DNA of 64,000 nt, taken from contig JBEMAQ010000012.1 of the NCBI GenBank assembly GCA_040274725.1, positions 18,655 through 82,654 on the forward strand, in the 5' to 3' direction. How positions within the stretch are numbered: the stretch's first letter is position 1; each line of letters begins with the position of its first letter. Positions 54,900-62,585 of this stretch are shown piece by piece. This DNA comes from Solibacillus sp. (lineage in GTDB: Bacteria; Bacillota; Bacilli; Bacillales_A; Planococcaceae). The translations under genes were made by a program, and so were the position numbers. Under the pieces are notes generated by a model. The model made no database searches. It saw only the letters and a list, made by a program, of their open reading frames with translations, and was not told the origin of the DNA.

Positions 54900-55844
54900 A
54901 TGAGTTTTCCTCAACATGTAAAAATCTATGAAGTAGGACCACGAGAGGGTTTTCAAATAGAAGATGCTCTCATTCCTACAACGAGTAAAGTGAAATTAAT
55001 CAATGAACTCAACGAAACAGGGCTTACAAGTATTGAAGTAACGTCTTTTGTGAATCCGAAATGGGTGCCAAATATGGCCGATGCAGAGGCGCTACTTTTA
55101 GCAATCAACCGAGAATTAAATGTAGATTACCGAACAGTTTATTTAAATCTGAAAGGACTGGAGCGAGCATTTGCAGCGAATGTCAAAATAGATGGGTGTG
55201 TTTCACTATCGGCTAGTTCGACGTTTGCCAAAAGAAATACAAATAAAACCGCAGATGAACTAATTCAAACAATTCCAGCTTGGGTGGAGTCATATAAGGC
55301 CTATAATATTCCAGTTGAACAACTGATCATGATGGCTACCTTTGGCTGTAATTTTGAAGGGGAGATTGAACTAGCGCAAGTAATGAAAGTTTTGAAAAAC
55401 GGCATTGATTCCGCTGCTGAGCATGGGGAAACCATTCGCTCATTAAAGCTTTGTGACACGATGGGCTGGGCAAATCCTGAGCAAATTAAACGAACTGTTT
55501 TTGCGATTAAGAATGAATGGCCTGAATTAGAATTGATTTTACATTTACATGATACGCGCGGTTTAGGAATTGCGAATGCATATAGTGCGCTACAAGAAGG
55601 TGTGAATCAGTTTGATGCCGCAATTGGTGGATTAGGTGGTTGTCCTTTTGCAGCAGTAAAAGGAGCTGCAGGAAATGTCGCAACGGAAGATTTAGCATTC
55701 CTTTGTGAAAATCTAGGGATAGACACAGGTTTAAATCTAGAAAAGCTACTGAACTGTGTAAACTTGGCAGAAACAATTTTAGCTCGACCATTACAGGGAC
55801 ATTTAAAAACAGGTGGCTTATTGTTACAAAAAAATACAGTATAA
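54900..55844 (+). CDS. HMG-CoA-lyase-like (HMGL family) acyl-CoA lyase
   Basis: Starts 2 nt after the previous stop. Motifs EVGPREGFQ, CDTMGWANP, HLHDTRGLGIANAYSALQEGV..FDAAIGGLGGCPFA. Confidence 0.8.
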   Translation: MSFPQHVKIYEVGPREGFQIEDALIPTTSKVKLINELNETGLTSIEVTSFVNPKWVPNMADAEALLLAINRELNVDYRTVYLNLKGLERAFAANVKIDGCVSLSASSTFAKRNTNKTADELIQTIPAWVESYKAYNIPVEQLIMMATFGCNFEGEIELAQVMKVLKNGIDSAAEHGETIRSLKLCDTMGWANPEQIKRTVFAIKNEWPELELILHLHDTRGLGIANAYSALQEGVNQFDAAIGGLGGCPFAAVKGAAGNVATEDLAFLCENLGIDTGLNLEKLLNCVNLAETILARPLQGHLKTGGLLLQKNTV

Positions 55845-55870
55845 AATTCATAAAATAAGGAGTGGTGAAC

Positions 55871-56695
55871 ATGCAGAACCAAGAGCAAACAGTAAACACG
55901 ATTGGCACATTAGAAACTTTAAAAACAGAATTTTTCGGAGAGCATAATGAAATTTTAGTCGTAACATTGAATCGTCCGGAGGCAATGAATGCGATGAATA
56001 CGCAACTGATTATAGAGGCATTAAATTTATTCCGTGAGCAAGCGTACAATGACCAATTACGCTGTGTCATTATTACGGGAGCGGGTGAAAAAGCATTTTC
56101 GGCTGGTGGAGACTTAAAAGAGCGCAATGGTATGAGCGATAGCACGTGGAAAAAGCAGCATCATTTGATTGAAGATAAGATTCTTGCAATCAAAGATTTC
56201 CCTGTGCCAGTCATTGCAGCTGTAGAAGGTTTTGCGATTGGAGGCGGTTGTGAAATGGCACTTATGACCGATTTTATTATTGCCTCTGAAACGGCGAAAT
56301 TTGGACTAGCTGAAATTAAGCGTGGTATTTTACCAGGCGCTGGTGGCTTGCAAAATTTAGCGCGTGCAGTGGGGACTAGAAGGGCGAAGGAACTCATCTA
56401 CACAGGACGTCTCTTTGATGTACAGCAAGCCTATGAATGGGGAATGGTGAACCGTGTAGTGCCTAAAGGGGAGGCGTTACAGGTAGCGCTACAAATCGCA
56501 AACGAAATTGTAGAAAGTGCGCCAATTCCGACAAAGCTTGCAAAAGTAGCTGTCAGCCGAGGTGTAGAAGTTGATTTTCATACAGCGTATCAGTTAGATA
56601 TTACAGCGTATAACGTCACAGTACCAACAGAAGACCGCTTAGAAGGTGTCGCAGCATTTAATGAAAAACGAAAGCCAAATTGGAAAAACCGCTAG
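55871..56695 (+). CDS. enoyl-CoA hydratase/isomerase (crotonase) family protein
   Basis: ATG 55871 follows aaggag. Motifs ITGAGEKAFSAGGDLKE, AAVEGFAIGGGCEMAL, FGLAEIKRGILPGAGG. Confidence 0.85.
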   Translation: MQNQEQTVNTIGTLETLKTEFFGEHNEILVVTLNRPEAMNAMNTQLIIEALNLFREQAYNDQLRCVIITGAGEKAFSAGGDLKERNGMSDSTWKKQHHLIEDKILAIKDFPVPVIAAVEGFAIGGGCEMALMTDFIIASETAKFGLAEIKRGILPGAGGLQNLARAVGTRRAKELIYTGRLFDVQQAYEWGMVNRVVPKGEALQVALQIANEIVESAPIPTKLAKVAVSRGVEVDFHTAYQLDITAYNVTVPTEDRLEGVAAFNEKRKPNWKNR

Positions 56696-56805
56696 CTTAC
56701 AAACGATTTGATATGTCCATCTGCAAGGAAAGTATGTGAATTCTAGACTTTGATAAATAATGCTGGACAAAGGGATAAGGGGAAAAAACTTTTTGGGGGG
56801 TCTTT

Positions 56806-58080
56806 ATGGGTATTGAATTCATTTCAATCATCTTTCTAGCTATTATGTTTGTTGTTGGTACATTTTACTCAATTAATATTGGTGTGTTAGGCTTTATTGC
56901 ATCATTTTTAGTTTTTCTACTAAGTAAAGATTTGGAGATTACAGCCATTTATAGTAGTTTCCCAGCTGAATTATTCATTTTACTAGTCGGTGTAACATAC
57001 TTCTTTGCTATCATTGAAAGCAATGGTACAGTGGATTTAATTACAAAATGGGGTTTAAGTCTACTGCGTGGTAAAGTGGGATTAATTCCTTGGGTACTGT
57101 TTTTCTTAGCGCTTATTTTAACAAGTATTGGAACATCGGTAATTCCGGTCTGTGCCGTGTTAGCACCAATTGGCTTACGATTAGCGTTCCAATATAAGAT
57201 CAATCCAATTATGATGGTTATCGTGATGCAATCAGGGATTGTTGCCGGAAGCTTTTCACCGTTAAATATTTTCGGGATTATCGTAAATGGCTCTCTTGCA
57301 GCAGAGAACATTCCATTTTCACCGGTTACATTGTATATGGCCATTTTATTATTTAACTTCTTAATTGCTGTTGGTGTGTTCGTGGGGCTTGGCGGCATTA
57401 AACTGGTTCGTAGCTCAGACAATTTAATGAACATGTCTGAACTGGCGCTTAAGTACGATACAGCTGAAACTAACGGTTTGAACTTCTACCGAGGTATTAC
57501 ATTAGTTTTCTTAGGATTATTAATTGTTTTAGTGTTAGGCTTCCAACTGAATATGGGCTTTGTTGCATTGACATTAGGTGCGATTTTAGCATTTGGTAAT
57601 CATAAAAGCCAATCAGAAGTATTGAAGAAAATGCCATGGGCGACTATTTTATTAGTCTCAGGGATTGTGACGTATATCGGCGTTTTAAGTAAAGTAGGAA
57701 CAATCGAGTATGTAACGACAGCTATCGAAAAATTCGGTAACTCTTACATTACATCATTAGTTGCTGGATATATTGGTGCCATTGTTTCAGCATTCGCTTC
57801 TACGACAGGTTTCTTAGGTATCATTTTCCCAATGGTGACACCAATTTTAACAGACCCAGGGATTTCAACAATGGGTGTAGTCGTGATGATTTCTTTAACT
57901 GTAAGTTTGGTAGATATTTGTCCATTCACAACAGGTGGAGCATTATACCTAGCGAATGTACAAGGTATGCCGCAGCGTACATTCTTCATGCAACTTTTAT
58001 TTGTTGGTGGATTGTTCGTTGTATTAACACCAATCGTGTCTTGGATAATTTTCGTAGTGTTTGGTAACTTTATATTTTAA
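56806..58080 (+). CDS. ion-transporter-superfamily permease (DctM/CitMHS/ArsB-like), putative carboxylate uptake
   Basis: 424-aa polytopic protein with RBS gggggg. The family call is by general appearance only. Confidence 0.5.
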   Translation: MGIEFISIIFLAIMFVVGTFYSINIGVLGFIASFLVFLLSKDLEITAIYSSFPAELFILLVGVTYFFAIIESNGTVDLITKWGLSLLRGKVGLIPWVLFFLALILTSIGTSVIPVCAVLAPIGLRLAFQYKINPIMMVIVMQSGIVAGSFSPLNIFGIIVNGSLAAENIPFSPVTLYMAILLFNFLIAVGVFVGLGGIKLVRSSDNLMNMSELALKYDTAETNGLNFYRGITLVFLGLLIVLVLGFQLNMGFVALTLGAILAFGNHKSQSEVLKKMPWATILLVSGIVTYIGVLSKVGTIEYVTTAIEKFGNSYITSLVAGYIGAIVSAFASTTGFLGIIFPMVTPILTDPGISTMGVVVMISLTVSLVDICPFTTGGALYLANVQGMPQRTFFMQLLFVGGLFVVLTPIVSWIIFVVFGNFIF

Positions 58081-58136
58081 TATGTTAAGAGCTGCAACCG
58101 AGATTTTACTTCGGGAGCGGCTCTTTTTAGTCACAG

Positions 58137-58637
58137 TTATTTGCAATCTATAAAATGCTGTTGCCACTTTGATTCATTCAGGTGATTAATTTTTCCTTTG
58201 TTCAAAATAAATTGCAACAATTCAAATTTCTCAGGATGCGCTAGTTTCATCGTCTCCAAAGCAAATTGAGTTGCCTGCTCTTCATGTGGATTTGTTTTAT
58301 AGGAACCGAGCTTTTTGTACTGTTTCAGCGTTAAGCCGTTACAAAATTGCTGCATATGCTTCAGCTCATGTAAAAATAAAAATTCAACGAAGCATTCTGA
58401 GACATTTTTTAAAAGAAGCGGGTTTGTTATCGAATGCTTTGTATTGATTTCTTTTTCAATGTGATGGAGTAAAAAGCAAACAGATAGCTGCCGTTTCCCT
58501 AAATGTGTAAAGGCTAAAGTAGTTGAAGGTGCCCAGATTTGATGATTATTTATCTCCATATACCAGTTGATTGGATAAAATTGTTCGATTTCAGACAGCT
58601 GCTGTTCATATTTTTGCTGTAAATAGTTGATAAACAA
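58137..58637 (-). CDS. hypothetical protein with HExxH motif (SprT/WLM-like mini-metallopeptidase?)
   Basis: 166 aa. FLFLHELKHMQQF is the only recognisable motif. Confidence 0.4.
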   Translation of the reverse strand: MFINYLQQKYEQQLSEIEQFYPINWYMEINNHQIWAPSTTLAFTHLGKRQLSVCFLLHHIEKEINTKHSITNPLLLKNVSECFVEFLFLHELKHMQQFCNGLTLKQYKKLGSYKTNPHEEQATQFALETMKLAHPEKFELLQFILNKGKINHLNESKWQQHFIDCK

Positions 58638-58744
58638 TTGTAATTGTGAAGTCTTTACGTTGATACGGTTAAATTGATAAATAGATCATCCCCCCCTTCT
58701 TGTATACAGTAAAATAGCAGGTTCGGTACTGAAAAAAACTAAAT

Positions 58745-59617
58745 TTAATATTTCAATGTATCCATCTTGAAAATAATAAAATCGACAAAAGCTTTTACGG
58801 CCTTTAATTGAACGGACGAATCTTTATAAATAAGAGCGGTTTTACGTAGAATGATATTATTTTCAGGGCTCACAAGTTTTAACTGAAATAAATCTTCATC
58901 CTCAATAATCGCTAAGCTGGGAAAAATAGCATAACCTAATCCTTGAGATACCATTCTTTTGCACGTTTCCATTTGATTCACTTTCATCGTGATGCGCGGT
59001 GGCTTTTTAAAGTAGCTATTCCACCAATTATCGATAGTCTGTTCAAGGCTATAGTCGATGCTGTAGAGAATACGTGGCATGTATGGAAGCTGCTCTAATG
59101 TAATTTTTTGCTTAGAGGCGATTACTAATGGTTCTTCACTAATAATATGTTTTGATTCTGCCCAAAAATGATCGCCACGAATAATACCAATATGTACATC
59201 CTCCTTGTCAACTAAATGAACAACGTCCTTACTTCCACCTGAAATTAAGTTAATTTCTAAATTCGGGTGAAGTGACAAAAAATCTTTCAATAGAGAAGGT
59301 AAAGGATAGTATGCAAAGCTACCAGAAACAGCTAAACGTAACGTACCCTGTATTTCATCATGAACATTTTGAATCTTTTCTTTTACTTTTTTAAATTCTA
59401 ATTGCATTTTTTGAGCATAGTGATATACATATTCCCCTTCAATTGTAAATTCAATCCCTTTTTTTCCACGTGTCACAATCTTCGTTTCGAATTCCTGTTC
59501 TAAAGCTTGAAGTCGATACGTTAATGCAGGTTGCGTTATATAGAGCTGTTCTGCAGCACGTGTAATATTTTTTTCGTTGTAAAGTGTCTCTAAAATTAAC
59601 CAGTCTTTCTCATCCAT
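58745..59617 (-). CDS. LysR-family transcriptional regulator
   Basis: ATG 59617 follows aggggga plus 6 nt. MDEKDWLILETLYNEKNITRAAEQLYITQPALTYRLQALE. Confidence 0.85.
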   Translation of the reverse strand: MDEKDWLILETLYNEKNITRAAEQLYITQPALTYRLQALEQEFETKIVTRGKKGIEFTIEGEYVYHYAQKMQLEFKKVKEKIQNVHDEIQGTLRLAVSGSFAYYPLPSLLKDFLSLHPNLEINLISGGSKDVVHLVDKEDVHIGIIRGDHFWAESKHIISEEPLVIASKQKITLEQLPYMPRILYSIDYSLEQTIDNWWNSYFKKPPRITMKVNQMETCKRMVSQGLGYAIFPSLAIIEDEDLFQLKLVSPENNIILRKTALIYKDSSVQLKAVKAFVDFIIFKMDTLKY

Positions 59618-59773
59618 CAAAAATCCCCCTGTGTAAACCATAAAATTTTTTTATGGTGAGCAAAAAAATAATGAATTTTAAATTATTTTTCATTAATTAT
59701 ACAATTAAAATAATTCAGAAACTAAAGAAAATTTAGTTTTTTGATATTTTGTTGAGATGAAGGAGGAAAATAC

Positions 59774-61258
59774 ATGTCAGTGACAGTTAATGAAAACAAA
59801 TTAGAGTTAGCGAAATGGAGCAAGGTGTATATCGGTGGAGAATGGAGAGAAGGTGCGAGCGATAAAGTATACACGCAAGTAAATCCATTTACACAAGAAA
59901 GCATTTCTGAAATTCGTTTTGCAAGCAAGGAAGATGTAGATGCAGCTTATGAGTCTGCGAAAAAGGTGCAAAAAGAGTGGGCGAAAGTACCAGCAATTGA
60001 GAAAGTAAAAATTCTTGAAAATGCAATTGCCGTTATTGAAAAGCGTCAAAATGAATTTGTTCATATTTTAATTACAGAAGGCGGTGGTACCCATTTCAAA
60101 AGTCAACTGGAGTTATTAGGATTAGCGACAGGCTACATGAAAGAAGCAGCAACGTATCCATTACGTATGGGCGGCGAAATTGTTCCATCTATTATTCCGG
60201 GCAAAACAAATAATTTACACCGTAATCCGTTAGGAGTTGTAGGTGTCATTTCACCATGGAACTTCCCATTCCATTTAACAATGCGCTCAGTTGTTGCTGC
60301 ATTAGCAACGGGCAACGGTGTTGTGCTAAAACCAGCAACATTAACGTACATTTCAGGCGGGTTAATCATCGCCGAAATTTTTGAAGAAGCAGGCTTACCA
60401 AAAGGTTTACTAAATGTAGTTGTCGGTGCAGGAAGTGAAATTGGCGATTATATTGTACAGCATAAAGTACCACGCATGATTTCATTTACAGGTTCTACTG
60501 AAGTCGGCGAACGAATTGGACAAATTGCTGGAGGAAAGTTAAAGAAAGTCGCACTTGAATTAGGTGGTAACTGTGCATTTATCGTTTTAAAAGATGCAGA
60601 TTTAAACCAAGCAGCTTCAGCAGCTGTCTTTGGGAAATACACACACCAAGGCCAAATTTGTATGGCGATTAACCGTATTTTAGTAGACCGTGAAGTGTAT
60701 GCGAATTTTGTTTCGATTTTTAAAGAAAAGGTGACGAAACTAAAGCCAGGTAATCCAATTGATCCAGAAACAGATATCGGCCCATTAATTGAAAAACGCC
60801 AAGTAGATCAAATTGTTGGTTTAATTAACGGAGCGGTAGAAGCTGGTGCTAAATTAGAGCTAGAGGGTACAGTCGAAGGAAACTTAATGACGCCGTATAT
60901 TTTAACAGATGTAAAAAATGAGATGGAAATTGCACAAACTGAAATTTTTGGTCCAGTTGCGGTGATTATTCCATTTGATACAGAAGAAGAGGCTATCGCG
61001 TTAGCAAACGATACTGTTTATGGCTTAAGTAGCTCGATTTATACAGAAGACAAAGTACGTGGTGCTTTATTAGCAGAAGAAATTGAAACAGGTATGGTTC
61101 ATATTAATGACCAAACAGTAAATGACGAGCCACATATTCCATTCGGCGGTGAAAAAGCTTCCGGTTTAGGTCGCTTCAATGGTAAATATGCTTTAGAAGA
61201 GTTCACAACAGTGAAATGGATTTCTGTCATGGATAAACCACGCGGCTATCCCTACTAA
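59774..61258 (+). CDS. NAD(P)-dependent aldehyde dehydrogenase
   Basis: FTGSTEVG, ELGGNCAFIV, catalytic GQICMAINR, PFGGEKASG. 494 aa. Confidence 0.85.
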   Translation: MSVTVNENKLELAKWSKVYIGGEWREGASDKVYTQVNPFTQESISEIRFASKEDVDAAYESAKKVQKEWAKVPAIEKVKILENAIAVIEKRQNEFVHILITEGGGTHFKSQLELLGLATGYMKEAATYPLRMGGEIVPSIIPGKTNNLHRNPLGVVGVISPWNFPFHLTMRSVVAALATGNGVVLKPATLTYISGGLIIAEIFEEAGLPKGLLNVVVGAGSEIGDYIVQHKVPRMISFTGSTEVGERIGQIAGGKLKKVALELGGNCAFIVLKDADLNQAASAAVFGKYTHQGQICMAINRILVDREVYANFVSIFKEKVTKLKPGNPIDPETDIGPLIEKRQVDQIVGLINGAVEAGAKLELEGTVEGNLMTPYILTDVKNEMEIAQTEIFGPVAVIIPFDTEEEAIALANDTVYGLSSSIYTEDKVRGALLAEEIETGMVHINDQTVNDEPHIPFGGEKASGLGRFNGKYALEEFTTVKWISVMDKPRGYPY

Positions 61259-61355
61259 ATAGGTCGTACACATAGTAAATGTAGGGTTATTTCTAGCCCT
61301 ACATTTAAAAAATTTGTATATATGAATACTTAAACTAAAGAATGAGGTGCGGAAA

Positions 61356-62516
61356 TTGAATTTTGAATATACAGAGTTACAAAACGACATTCGCCGAGGC
61401 GTTCGTGAAATTTGTGAAAGATATGATGTAGAGTACTGGCGTAAATGTGATGAGGCAGATGAATATCCTGAAGAATTTGTAAATGCAATGGTTGAGGCAG
61501 GTTGGTTATCAGCTTTAATTCCAGAAGAATATGGTGGTGCGGGCCTTGGCTTATCAGAAGCAACGATTATTTTAGAAGAAGTGAATGCAGCAGGCGGTGC
61601 AGGGACAGCATGTCACGCACAAATGTATACGATGGGCGCTATTTTACGTCACGGAAGTCCAGAGCAAAAGCAAAAATATTTACCAGAAATTGCAGCAGGC
61701 AGATTGCGTTTACAGTCGATGGGTGTAACGGAGCCAGATGCAGGTTCAGATACAACGAAAATCAAAACTTTCGCAGAGAAAAAAGGCGACAAATACGTGA
61801 TTAATGGTCAAAAAATCTTTACATCACGTTACCAACATTCAGATTTATTACTATTATTAGCGCGTACAACACCAATTGACCAAGTAGAGAAAAAGACAAA
61901 AGGCTTAAGCTTATTTTTAATTGACACACGTGAAGTAGGTGACTCAATCGTTGCCAATCCAATTCATACAATGGTACATCATGAAACGAATATGTTATTT
62001 ATCGATAATTTAGTCGTATCTGAAGATGCATTAGTTGGTGAAGAAGGCAATGGATTATACTGCATCTTAGATGGCTTAAATGCAGAGCGTATTTTAGCTT
62101 CCGCTCAAGCAATTGGTGATGGAAAATGGTTCATTGAGCAAGCAGTCCGTTATTCTAAAGACCGTGTTGTATTTGATCGACCAATTGGTAAAAATCAAGG
62201 CGTTCAGTTCCCAATCGCAAAAGCATTTACAAATGTATTGGCAGCGGAAACAATGATGCATAAAGCAGCAGCAAAGTTCGACCAAGGATTGCCTTGCGGT
62301 TCAGAGGCGAATATGACGAAGTATTTAAGTACAGAAGCGGCTTGGGAAGCTGGAGAAGCTGCGATGACGACATTTGGCGGGTATGCCGTTGCAACAGAAT
62401 ACCACATTGAACGAAAATGGAAAGAGGCACGTCTTGCACGTAATGCACCCATTTCAAATAATCTTGTACTAAGTTATGTAGGTCAACATGTTTTAGGTAT
62501 GCCTCGTTCATTCTAA
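61356..62516 (+). CDS. acyl-CoA dehydrogenase
   Basis: TTG 61356 follows gaggtg plus 6 nt and gives the N-terminus MNFEYTELQ. Motifs GVTEPDAGSD and a C-terminal ..YEGT-like region. The track start is 61347. Confidence 0.8.
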   Translation: MNFEYTELQNDIRRGVREICERYDVEYWRKCDEADEYPEEFVNAMVEAGWLSALIPEEYGGAGLGLSEATIILEEVNAAGGAGTACHAQMYTMGAILRHGSPEQKQKYLPEIAAGRLRLQSMGVTEPDAGSDTTKIKTFAEKKGDKYVINGQKIFTSRYQHSDLLLLLARTTPIDQVEKKTKGLSLFLIDTREVGDSIVANPIHTMVHHETNMLFIDNLVVSEDALVGEEGNGLYCILDGLNAERILASAQAIGDGKWFIEQAVRYSKDRVVFDRPIGKNQGVQFPIAKAFTNVLAAETMMHKAAAKFDQGLPCGSEANMTKYLSTEAAWEAGEAAMTTFGGYAVATEYHIERKWKEARLARNAPISNNLVLSYVGQHVLGMPRSF

Positions 62517-62585
62517 ATGGATGAAGCTCTAGTAAATTTTTATTACGAGCGGTGTTTAAAAATCGGCGGATAAAGGGGAATAGAA

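Noticed and set aside
55507-56145. 212-aa minus-strand ORF spanning the HMGL-like and crotonase genes
   Set aside because: It is antisense to two motif-rich genes and crosses their intergenic spacer. Its composition is low-complexity and it has no RBS.
59719-59745. Hairpin aaactaaa-gaaaa-tttagttt plus T-run upstream of the ALDH gene, considered as an attenuator
   Set aside because: The stem is 8 bp and almost entirely A/T, so it is probably too weak to terminate. It may be chance in AT-rich promoter DNA.
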